Shown here: one piece after another, positions 8,843-17,360 of the stretch
Position numbering within the stretch: the stretch's first letter is position 1
Layout: each line of letters starts with the position of its first letter
From: Planctomycetaceae bacterium
GTDB taxonomy: Bacteria > Planctomycetota > Planctomycetia > Pirellulales > Pirellulaceae
Direction of reading: 5' to 3'
NCBI GenBank assembly: GCA_027487485.1
Contig: JAIYDN010000039.1
Coordinates: 36,951-100,950, forward strand
Length of the DNA: 64,000 nucleotides
Notes under the pieces: generated by a model
What the model was told of the DNA's origin: nothing
What the model saw: only the letters and a program-made list of their open reading frames with translations
Database searches by the model: none
Made by a program: the position numbers and the translations under genes

Positions 8843-10186
8843 CTACACCTTCAAAACCCCTGTGCTGTCGCCGAAGCTATCCGCTTTGACGCCAACTTGA
8901 TTCAGCATCCAGAGATACAAGTTGCACAACGGCGTATCTTTGGGGTATTGCAAGTGAGCTGGTTTCTTGATCCGACCGCCGCCCTTGCCAACCATCATGA
9001 TGGGCAGATCGTCATGGTTGTGTCGGTCCCCGTCGGAGATTCCACTTCCGTAAAGAATCAAGCAGTTGTCTAACAGTTGGCTGCCGGCTTCTTCTACTCC
9101 GGTGAAGTGATCTAGCAAATAGGCAAAGTGCTGCATGTGGAAGTGATTGATCTTCTGGACTTTGGCTTGTTTCTCTTCGCTCTTACCGTGATGCGATAGT
9201 TCGTGATGTCCTTCGGGAACTCCGATCTGAGGGTAACCTTTGTTGTCCCCTTCGTTACCGAACATGAAAGTCAGAATCCGCGTCGCGTCGCTACGGATTG
9301 CTAGTGCCGTCATGTCCATCATCAGTTTGCAATGCTCGCTCCAATCGCGAGGGATCCCGGCGGGGCGTGCGATGTTGGGCACTCCGTCTTCGCCCACTTT
9401 CAGTTTGTCGGAATGGGTCATGCGGTTCTCGACATCGCGAACGGCATACAAGTATTCGTCAAGCTTTCTTTTGTCAGCGGTACCAAGCCGCGTTTGAAGA
9501 GCCTTTGCATCATCGAGCACGAAGTCGAGCACGCTTTTGCGTCGTTCGATGCGAGCGGCTCGATTCTTTCCTTCGCTAGCGGAGTCCCCGTTGCCAAACA
9601 ACCGATCAAAAACCGCTGAAGGATCGTTCTCTTTCGCAAGTGGGCTGCTTTCATTTCGCCAAGCAAGGTTGCTCGAGTAGGCGCAGGAGTAGCCACTATC
9701 GCAATTTCCAGCCTGAGCCGAACCATCGATTCCTAGCTCCAGCGAAGCGAAGCGGGACTTTGACCCAATGGCTTGAGCGGCCACTTGGTCGACCGAGACA
9801 CTGCTTTTGATATCGGCCCCATCGGTCTTTCGAGGGTGAGCACCGGTCAGGAACGACGCGCCCGATCGAGCATGGTCGCCTGCTCCGTCGCCGTGATCAC
9901 GGGCCCCATCTAGCGTTAAGCCAGAGAACACCGACACATATTCGCGATGCTTTTGCAGTGGCTCCAGCGTGGCAGGCAGCGCAAAGCCGGGCCCTTGCGT
10001 TGATGGGGTCCAGGCTGGCATATGAGCGCCATTCGGAACCATGAAAAACATCATGCGAAGCGGTGGTGTCTGAGCGGCAGCGGCAGCCGCGCGACTCGTT
10101 GGTAGCATCGCCTCCAGCAATGGCAAGCTGATCGCTGTCCCCAATCCGCGAAGCATGGTCCGTCGTAAAATCGGTTTTCGATTCAT
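8843..10186 (-). CDS. DUF1552 domain protein
   Basis: Tat-like N-terminus 'RRTMLRGLGTAISLPLLEAM'. Also 'FFMVPNGAHMPAWTP', 'HHELSHHG' and 'GDRHNHDDLP'. Its start overlaps the upstream stop by 1 nt (TAATG). Confidence 0.85.
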   Translation of the reverse strand: MNRKPILRRTMLRGLGTAISLPLLEAMLPTSRAAAAAAQTPPLRMMFFMVPNGAHMPAWTPSTQGPGFALPATLEPLQKHREYVSVFSGLTLDGARDHGDGAGDHARSGASFLTGAHPRKTDGADIKSSVSVDQVAAQAIGSKSRFASLELGIDGSAQAGNCDSGYSCAYSSNLAWRNESSPLAKENDPSAVFDRLFGNGDSASEGKNRAARIERRKSVLDFVLDDAKALQTRLGTADKRKLDEYLYAVRDVENRMTHSDKLKVGEDGVPNIARPAGIPRDWSEHCKLMMDMTALAIRSDATRILTFMFGNEGDNKGYPQIGVPEGHHELSHHGKSEEKQAKVQKINHFHMQHFAYLLDHFTGVEEAGSQLLDNCLILYGSGISDGDRHNHDDLPIMMVGKGGGRIKKPAHLQYPKDTPLCNLYLWMLNQVGVKADSFGDSTGVLKV

Positions 10187-12549
10187 TATGGTTCGTCCCG
10201 TACGCCTTTGCGTTGAAATGGATCGGAGGAAATAATCTCAAAGATCAGTGTCGAGAACTGATAGTCATCAGTAACAAGCTTGGTTTGTATTTTATCTAGG
10301 GCGCAGCGGTCGTAGTATTCTAAACCTCGACCTAAAGCATACGTCATCATTTTTTCAGAGACGCAGCGTATAAATTTATCGGTGTTTTTATCTCGTATGT
10401 TTTTGATCAAATCGCCAGGTCCATTGACGCTGTCACCGTTGGGCAAGACTCCTTTCGGATCGACAGGAGCCCCATAATCAGTGGTACGCCAACGTCCCAC
10501 CGCGTCATAGTTTTCCAGCGACAGTCCGATGGGATCCATGAGTTTATGGCAGGATGCACAAGCCGGGTCCGCTCGATGCTGCTCGATCCGTTCGCGAAGC
10601 GTCCCTGTCAGTTCGGCCTTGTCTAGCTCAGGAACACCTGCCGGAGCGGGTGGAGGTGGAGTGCCTAAAATGTTATCTAGGACCCATTTCCCTCGCTTAA
10701 CCGGGCTGGTTCGAGTCGGATTGCTAGTGACGGCCAGAATCGAAGCGTGAGTCAAAATTCCCATTCGCTTGTGCCCCTTGGTAGACACCTTTCGAAACTC
10801 AGGACCGGTCACCCCTGGGATTCCGTAAAACTTGGCTAGTTTGTCATTGAGGAAGGTGTAATCGGCGTCCAGAATTCGCAGAAGGCTGATATCTTCTCGC
10901 ATCACGCTTGCGAAGAAGAGATACGTTTCACGTCGGGCTAAATCGCGAATCTCGTCATTCCAGGTTGGAAACGCATTTGGGTTTGGAGAAAATTGGTCCA
11001 GCTTACGAAGGGTCAGCCATTGGCCAGCAAAGTTCTCAACGATTGCTTTCGATCTTGGATGGTCTAGCATTCGCCGGATCTGTTGCTTGAGCACCTCCGG
11101 TTCACGTAGTTGTTTTTTCTGGGCTGAAACAAGAAGCTCTTTGTCGGGCATGGAGCTCCATAAAAAATAACTCATTCGTGTCGCCAGCTCGAACTCGCTC
11201 AGCAACGGGTAGGGGCTCGATTCCGTTTTTGATTCAGGCTCCTCGACTTTGAATAAGAAATGAGGCGAACACAGGATGGCTTGAAGGCCAGATTGCAGGC
11301 CTGCTTCGAACGATTCGCCAGATTCGACCACCTCGTTGACCAGAGCAGCCAAACGTTTCACTTCCTCCGGGGTTGCGAGACGTCGGAACGCTTTGCTGGC
11401 AAGGGGGCGAAGCACTTCGGCTGCCGCTTGCTCTACCGTCACGCCAGGTCCAGGAGACACTTTCACGATCTCGCGATGCGTTTTGGGCAATTGCGATGCT
11501 GGCACAGGCTCGGCTGGTTTTTGCCCAACAACGCGAACGCTATAAATGAAAAGGTTTCGATCTTCCTTTTCACCTGATTTGCTCACCGAAGTTTTGTCGT
11601 TGGTGAACTCCATCGAAACAGAACGCTTCCCAGCTTTATTGAACCGCAATGGGATTGCGAATTCGATCGGGCTCGAAGCATTCTCCGTCTTGACCGTCAC
11701 TTCTTTTACTTTTTTTCCATCGATCGCAATCTCGCAACGCGGATATTCGTTCGCAGCGGGCGAGCCGCTCATCAAGAGTTCGAGAGTGTAGGTACCTTTC
11801 CAAGGAATTTGTTCGTCCAAGGTTATCTTTCCATTGGAGTAGAGCGTGAAACGATCCCCTTGGACTGCACCGCCTTGGTTGGCAGAAAGTTGTGAGTGTT
11901 TGCGGGTCGATTCGAAGCTGGGGCCTGGCTCCGGTGCGATGATGGCTTGGCGGCTGATTTCTTCGGCGGCAACGAGATACTTTTCCATCAGCAACGGGGG
12001 CAAGGTCAAAACGTCGCCGATGTTGTCGAATCCGTAGCCAACGTCATCGCCAGGAAAACCGGCTGCAGGAGCGTAGTCCACTCCTAAGAAATCGCGAACG
12101 GTATTTCGATACTCGGTCCGATTCAGACGACGCATGGTGACACTGCCAGGGTTCGGTGTCTTTCCGCATTCGATATCGTTCATCGTCGCCTTGATCCATT
12201 CGATCAATTTCTTTCGATCGTCAGGTGCCAGCTTAGGACCATCGGCAGGGGGCATGTCTTCAATCTCCAAGCGCTGGATGACTTTTTCCCAGGTCCTTCG
12301 TTCCTTGAAAACAGATTTGGCAGACTGGAAGTGATTCAAGGCGAGCCCACCATCCGCCTCCGACCCACTATGGCAATCCAAACAGGCCGTTTGGAGCAAA
12401 GGCACAATAAGATCCGTGTACTCTTTATCTTTCACGCCCCAGTCAACAGCATGAGCACGGCTCCCAGTTGACCCGTTGCAACAATGGACCACGAGCAGAA
12501 GAAATTGAAACGCCCAAACGAACCGTCCGGCAAACGCCTTGGGTTTCAT
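10186..12549 (-). CDS. DUF1592/DUF1587/DUF1588-type protein with cytochrome-c-like CxxCH motifs
   Basis: Signal peptide from the ATG at 12549 ('MKPKAFAGRFVWAFQFLLLVV'). Also 'CLDCHSG', 'RLNRTEYRNTVRDFLGVD' and 'CASCHKLMDPIGLSLENYDAVGRWR'. It is translationally coupled to the DUF1552 gene. Confidence 0.85.
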   Translation of the reverse strand: MKPKAFAGRFVWAFQFLLLVVHCCNGSTGSRAHAVDWGVKDKEYTDLIVPLLQTACLDCHSGSEADGGLALNHFQSAKSVFKERRTWEKVIQRLEIEDMPPADGPKLAPDDRKKLIEWIKATMNDIECGKTPNPGSVTMRRLNRTEYRNTVRDFLGVDYAPAAGFPGDDVGYGFDNIGDVLTLPPLLMEKYLVAAEEISRQAIIAPEPGPSFESTRKHSQLSANQGGAVQGDRFTLYSNGKITLDEQIPWKGTYTLELLMSGSPAANEYPRCEIAIDGKKVKEVTVKTENASSPIEFAIPLRFNKAGKRSVSMEFTNDKTSVSKSGEKEDRNLFIYSVRVVGQKPAEPVPASQLPKTHREIVKVSPGPGVTVEQAAAEVLRPLASKAFRRLATPEEVKRLAALVNEVVESGESFEAGLQSGLQAILCSPHFLFKVEEPESKTESSPYPLLSEFELATRMSYFLWSSMPDKELLVSAQKKQLREPEVLKQQIRRMLDHPRSKAIVENFAGQWLTLRKLDQFSPNPNAFPTWNDEIRDLARRETYLFFASVMREDISLLRILDADYTFLNDKLAKFYGIPGVTGPEFRKVSTKGHKRMGILTHASILAVTSNPTRTSPVKRGKWVLDNILGTPPPPAPAGVPELDKAELTGTLRERIEQHRADPACASCHKLMDPIGLSLENYDAVGRWRTTDYGAPVDPKGVLPNGDSVNGPGDLIKNIRDKNTDKFIRCVSEKMMTYALGRGLEYYDRCALDKIQTKLVTDDYQFSTLIFEIISSDPFQRKGVRDEP

Positions 12550-12669
12550 GAAAAACTTTCCTGCCGGGAAACTTGAACAAATCACGATTTCTGGACGTCT
12601 TTCGCGACTCAACATTTGGGTCATACTGATGGGAAGCCAACCTTTCATTACGCATACAGCGATTTTCCT

Positions 12670-13056
12670 ATGGACATTGTACCCGTTGCCCAACTCATTT
12701 CCAAGAAATGCTTACCATGCGAAGGGGGTGTGGATGCTTGCACCGTCGAATACTCGCAATCGCAAATCCGGCTTTTGCCGACATGGACGGTAGTGGATTC
12801 TGGGAAATCCATTGCTCGATCGATACGTTTCAAAAACTTCGTCGAGGCGATTTCTTGCCTGAATCAAATTGGAGACTTGGCCGAAGCGGAAGCTCACCAT
12901 CCCGATCTTCATTTAACCGGGTATCGCAATTTGAAAGTCGAACTGACCACTCATGCGATTGGCGGACTGAGCGAGAATGATTTCATTTTGGCTGCCAAAA
13001 TCGATTTGTTGGTTGCCGACCGCTTTCCCACAGCCAAGCACGTGACCGCCGAGTGA
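12670..13056 (+). CDS. phhB: Pterin-4-alpha-carbinolamine dehydratase (PCD/DCoH)
   Basis: Carries 'CEGG', 'FKNFVEAISCLNQIGDLAEAEAHHPDL' and 'V.LTTHAIGGLSENDFILAAKID'. The start at 12670 was chosen from several in-frame candidates. Confidence 0.8.
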   Translation: MDIVPVAQLISKKCLPCEGGVDACTVEYSQSQIRLLPTWTVVDSGKSIARSIRFKNFVEAISCLNQIGDLAEAEAHHPDLHLTGYRNLKVELTTHAIGGLSENDFILAAKIDLLVADRFPTAKHVTAE

Positions 13057-13886
13057 ACACCGACCTTCAAAACGAGCCGAAAAGCTTGATCGAGTGCCAG
13101 GATGTATCGCTTGCATTCAGGAATGGCAAAGCCACCCAGCAGGTCCTTCGCGCTTTGAACCTAAAGGTAACAGAGGGTCAGATCGTCACCTTGCTGGGGC
13201 CCAGCGGATGTGGAAAGAGCACTTTGCTTCGCGTTATCGCTGGGTTGATCGATTGCGATTCCGGGAGCGTCACGATCCGTGGTTCCGATGTATCCAAAAA
13301 GATGCCGATGAAGGTCCGGCATGAGATTTCATTTGTGTTCCAAGAATCCGCTTTGTTGCCTTGGCGGACGGTTTGGCAGAACGTCGTTTTGCCGCTAGAA
13401 ATTCGTGGCCAGCTTCATGAGGGGAGTTGTCGATCTCGTTGCGAAGAATTGCTTGAGATCGTAGGGTTTGCAAAATCCGATTGGAACAAATTGCCGTCTC
13501 AGTTATCGGGGGGGATGAAAATGCGCGCATCGATAGCTCGCGCCATGTCCACCTCCCCTAAGGTCTTGTTGCTGGACGAACCGTTTGCAGCCCTTGACGA
13601 CATCCTTCGTTCCAAGTTGAACGACCTGCTTCTTACCATTTCGGCACAGCGACAATGCACCATGCTGTTTGTGACCCACAACATTGCAGAAGCTATTTAT
13701 CTTAGCAATCAAATTGCGATCATGAGTCGAGGCATGATTGCTCAGACGTTGGATGTGCCTTTTGCATTCCCACGCAATGAAAAGTTACGCAGCAGCAGCC
13801 AGTTTGCTGCCTACTATGGCATCGTGGCTGAAGGACTGATTGCGAGCGCCCAAGCAACGCAAGCCATCGAGAAGGAGATTGCATGA
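13053..13886 (+). CDS. ABC transporter ATP-binding protein (NitT/TauT-like)
   Basis: Walker A 'GPSGCGKST', signature 'LSGGMKMRASIARA' and Walker B 'LLLDEPFAALD'. The GTG start overlaps the phhB stop. Confidence 0.9.
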   Translation: MNTDLQNEPKSLIECQDVSLAFRNGKATQQVLRALNLKVTEGQIVTLLGPSGCGKSTLLRVIAGLIDCDSGSVTIRGSDVSKKMPMKVRHEISFVFQESALLPWRTVWQNVVLPLEIRGQLHEGSCRSRCEELLEIVGFAKSDWNKLPSQLSGGMKMRASIARAMSTSPKVLLLDEPFAALDDILRSKLNDLLLTISAQRQCTMLFVTHNIAEAIYLSNQIAIMSRGMIAQTLDVPFAFPRNEKLRSSSQFAAYYGIVAEGLIASAQATQAIEKEIA

Positions 13887-14677
13887 AACCTTTCGCTCGG
13901 CAGTTAGCCACCATCGCTTCCCCGTTCTTGTTGTTTGTTCTGGTTGCGATCGTATGGCACGTGGTTGTCCAAATCTTTTCTATTCCCAAAATCATTTTGC
14001 CAAGCCCGCTCGCGGTCGTGCAAGCTCTTTGGGAAGAGAAGTGGATATTGCTTAGCGCAAGTTGGATCACCTTGAAAGCCGCAGCGGTAGGGCTCGTATG
14101 CAGTGCGATCTTTGGCAGCTTGATCGCGGTTTTGTTTAGCCAATCGTCGCTGCTACGAGTTGCGTTGTATCCGTACGTCATTTTTCTTCAGACGGTTCCG
14201 ATTGTTGCGATTGCGCCATTGCTGATTATTTGGTCAGGCAATAACTTTCGTACAATCGTCTTGGTCGCCGTCATCATCAGTATCTTCCCGGTCATTTCGA
14301 ATGTGACGAGCGGTCTACTTTCGATCAATGAAAACTTGCGGGACTTGTTTCGGATGCAAGGCGCAACCCGCTGGCAGATGCTGATCAAGCTTCGCATTCC
14401 GTCTGCCCTGTCGCAGCTGATTTTAGGACTGCGTGTCAGCAGTGGCTTGTCGGTGATTGGCGCCATCGTTGCGGAGTTCTTTGTTGGCAACAGTGGCGAG
14501 TACGATGGCTTAGGCACCATCATGACAGCTCGTCAGGCTCTTTTGAGAACACCAGAATTGATGGCAGCCTTGATCGCATGCACTCTTTTGGGGATCGCTC
14601 TGTTTGGGTTGGTCAACCTGCTGGGAGCAACCGTTTTAAGAAGATGGACCAAGACGGACGGTTTTGAGAGCGAATGA
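13883..14677 (+). CDS. ABC transporter permease (NitT/TauT-like)
   Basis: 264-aa protein with about 6 TM helices. Its start overlaps the ATPase stop (ATGA). It has the typical binding-protein-dependent permease topology. Confidence 0.85.
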   Translation: MKPFARQLATIASPFLLFVLVAIVWHVVVQIFSIPKIILPSPLAVVQALWEEKWILLSASWITLKAAAVGLVCSAIFGSLIAVLFSQSSLLRVALYPYVIFLQTVPIVAIAPLLIIWSGNNFRTIVLVAVIISIFPVISNVTSGLLSINENLRDLFRMQGATRWQMLIKLRIPSALSQLILGLRVSSGLSVIGAIVAEFFVGNSGEYDGLGTIMTARQALLRTPELMAALIACTLLGIALFGLVNLLGATVLRRWTKTDGFESE

Positions 14678-14706
14678 GAGTAGGGCGCAGCAATCTCTAA
14701 GCGATC

Positions 14707-16191
14707 TTAGTTCGATTGAAATTGCTTCGCGACTTGTTCGGCGATTCGCTTCGCACCTCGAACACATTGCGGGATTCCGACACCATCAAATGCATTTCCA
14801 GTTAGTTTCAGGCTAGGGATATCAACAAGCAGATCGCGGATCGAAGTCACGAGAGCGTTATGTCCGACGAGGTACTGTGGCATAGCCTCATTCCATCGGA
14901 CCAGGGACTGCCAGCGTGGCAGACTGCTAACCCCCAGTAGTTCCTTCACCTCTTTTCTGGCGATCGCGAGCAATTGATCGTCGGACTTTTCCATCAATTC
15001 GGGACGAACGGCTCCTCCCATGAAAACTCGAAGCAGCACCATGTCCTCGGGGCATCGTCCGTCATACTTCTCGCTGGACAGACTGATTGCCAGGACATCG
15101 CGATTCTCGATTTTCGGTACAACAATTCCAAAGCATAACGCTTCGTTTCGAATCTCATGGCGTGGTACCGCTAATACAGCGATGGCGGAAGAAGCGTAGG
15201 GGATTCGTTCGAGCAGATTTGCCAGCTTGGGTTTTGGTTTCTGCAATAATGCCGCCGATCGATGGCTGGGCAAAGCCAGGATCAGCGAGTCAAAGGCCTC
15301 GACGGGAATTGTCTGGGATTGGGGGGCCATCTTGGTCGATAGAGTCCAGCGCTGATCTTCGAGCTGTTTGATTTCCGTGATCGATTGGTTGAGATAGACA
15401 TTTGCGGTTAATCGATCACGAATTGCGTTCAACCACCAGCTCATGCCTTGCTTGGGGGCTAGGAATTGATCGTACCGAGCGCCAGTAGCTTGTCTTGCCG
15501 AACGTTCGGCAGCTTCTTGATTCTTCTGTTTCGCGATAGCTCCTCGAATAAGACCACCATGTTCGCGTTCCATCGCAACGAACTGGGGCATTGCGGCTTG
15601 CATGCTCAACGTTTCTGATCTCGCCGTAAAGATGCCCCCGACAATCGGTTCAACGAGTCGTTCAAAACATTCCCTTCCCAGGCGTCGAATTGCGAACGAC
15701 TCGACACTTTCATCGGCGGTGGATTCGCGGCGTTTCACAAAGTACTCCGCAGCCATTCGCAACTTTCCTTGCAGGCTGAGAGCGCGCGTTTTCACTATGC
15801 TTGAGATGCGAGTTGGTTGCATCAAAGAGAAGCCATTGGGAATTGGGACGACTTTGCCGTCTCGAACCACTTGTGCGAGTCGATGGTCCGGTTTGGGCGA
15901 AATGAATTCGTCGCGTAGCCCCATTTCGTCGACCATTTGAATAGCGTCCGGCATCAGTGTGGCAAAGTTATCGGCGCCCTTCTCAATCAAAAAAGGATCG
16001 GTGTGAACCGTTTGGATCACGCCCCCTACTTGATCGCCAGACTCAAAGAGGTGGATGGAAGCATTGGGAAGTAGCCTTTGCAAGTACCAAGCAGTTGATA
16101 AGCCGCTTATTCCCGCCCCGACGATGGCGATCTTGGGGATACTCGCATTCCGTGCGGATTGGAAGGGTGTGTCTTTTGAGGATAAATCCAT
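14707..16191 (-). CDS. hemY: Protoporphyrinogen/coproporphyrinogen III oxidase (HemY family, FAD-dependent)
   Basis: N-terminal Rossmann motif 'KIAIVGAGISGLSTAWYL' and C-terminal 'GNAFDGVGIPQCVRGAKRIAEQV'. Length 494 aa. Confidence 0.85.
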   Translation of the reverse strand: MDLSSKDTPFQSARNASIPKIAIVGAGISGLSTAWYLQRLLPNASIHLFESGDQVGGVIQTVHTDPFLIEKGADNFATLMPDAIQMVDEMGLRDEFISPKPDHRLAQVVRDGKVVPIPNGFSLMQPTRISSIVKTRALSLQGKLRMAAEYFVKRRESTADESVESFAIRRLGRECFERLVEPIVGGIFTARSETLSMQAAMPQFVAMEREHGGLIRGAIAKQKNQEAAERSARQATGARYDQFLAPKQGMSWWLNAIRDRLTANVYLNQSITEIKQLEDQRWTLSTKMAPQSQTIPVEAFDSLILALPSHRSAALLQKPKPKLANLLERIPYASSAIAVLAVPRHEIRNEALCFGIVVPKIENRDVLAISLSSEKYDGRCPEDMVLLRVFMGGAVRPELMEKSDDQLLAIARKEVKELLGVSSLPRWQSLVRWNEAMPQYLVGHNALVTSIRDLLVDIPSLKLTGNAFDGVGIPQCVRGAKRIAEQVAKQFQSN

Positions 16192-16408
16192 TGACTCAGT
16201 TTTGGCGGGAGGAAAAATAGACGATCAGTCATCTACGGGGTTCGATCTAGTGTACATCGAATCAGCAGTTGTTGCTGATCTCGTCCATCCAAAACAGGCC
16301 TCCGTTTTCACAATAGTGGGTTCGCACGTACAATAGTCACCGTCCAAGTATTGACAGACCTTTCCCGGGTTAGCGACCAAACGAATCCATCTTCCTAAGA
16401 ATGCAGAT

Positions 16409-17281
16409 ATGCCTCCAGCAGAATCGCCAGACGACCCAGACCCAATGATCACCCCAGATCGATCGAACAGCTCGTCGCAAGCGATGGATTCGAAGCAAGC
16501 TATGGGAAGCGTCATCATTTACACGGACGGCGCGGCGGAACCGAATCCCGGGCCGGGGGGCTACGGAGTGGTAATGCTTGCCGGAAAGCATCGCAAAGAA
16601 TTGTCGGGAGGCTTTCGACGCACGACCAACAACCGAATGGAGTTGATGGGTGTAATTGTTGGTCTGGAGGCTTTAACGAAACCTTGTCGTGTCACACTTT
16701 TTAGCGATTCAAAATACGTCGTCGATTCCGTTGAACGTGGTTCAGTGCATCGTTGGAAGAAGAATAACTGGTTTCGGACTAAGGCTGACAAAGCCAAGAA
16801 TGCAGATCTTTGGGCAAGGTTTTTGGATGTCTTTGAGAAGCATGTAGTCAAGTTCAAGTGGGTCAAAGGACACGCTGGCGTGCCGGAAAACGAGCGGTGT
16901 GACGAGCTCGCCGTGGCTGCTGCTCAATCGGGAGATCTATCACCCGATGTTGGATACATATCGGAAACTGCAAACGGGGCAACGCAGTTCCCGACGAACC
17001 CTGATTCTGAAGAACTGTTATCGGAGGGCTTGGATGTCGCCGAATCGGATTTACTTCCCAAAAGTAAGGGAATCATTCTCGCGACTGATTCCTCTCCAGG
17101 CAATCAGGTGAGCCATAAAGAAGCGGGCGAGCCTTGCCGCAAATGCGGCGTAGCTCTTGTCAAGAAACCTACCAAGCCCAAAGCAAGAAAGGCGGGCCAG
17201 ACCTACTTCTATGAGTGGTATCTTTCCTGTCCAGGGTGTAGCACAATGTATTTGGTTGAAGATGCTAAGAGAAGTCTGTAG
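16409..17281 (+). CDS. rnhA: Ribonuclease HI with a roughly 115-aa C-terminal extension ending in a CxxC...CxxC zinc-ribbon-like module
   Basis: RNase H blocks 'IIYTDGAAEPNPGPGGYG', 'TNNRMEL', 'FSDSKYV', 'NADLW' and 'WVKGHAGVPENERCDELA'. The extension carries 'CRKCG' and 'CPGCS'. The true start may be an internal Met at 16445, 16484 or 16502. Confidence 0.85.
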   Translation: MPPAESPDDPDPMITPDRSNSSSQAMDSKQAMGSVIIYTDGAAEPNPGPGGYGVVMLAGKHRKELSGGFRRTTNNRMELMGVIVGLEALTKPCRVTLFSDSKYVVDSVERGSVHRWKKNNWFRTKADKAKNADLWARFLDVFEKHVVKFKWVKGHAGVPENERCDELAVAAAQSGDLSPDVGYISETANGATQFPTNPDSEELLSEGLDVAESDLLPKSKGIILATDSSPGNQVSHKEAGEPCRKCGVALVKKPTKPKARKAGQTYFYEWYLSCPGCSTMYLVEDAKRSL

Positions 17282-17360
17282 AATTCGGTTTGGTTTTGAT
17301 CGATACTAACGTTTTCGTCGGTTGGTCAAAACTTTTTTTGCTTGACAAAGTGATTGATTT

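Noticed and set aside
12550-12693. N-terminal 48-aa extension of the DUF1592-type ORF
   Set aside because: The signal peptide starts at the internal ATG (12549). The extension would bury it and overlaps the phhB upstream region.
16225-16518. 97-aa minus-strand ORF between hemY and rnhA
   Set aside because: It has no recognisable motif and overlaps the 5' region of the rnhA ORF. It most likely lies in the divergent promoter region. It cannot be excluded as a small gene if rnhA starts at an internal Met.
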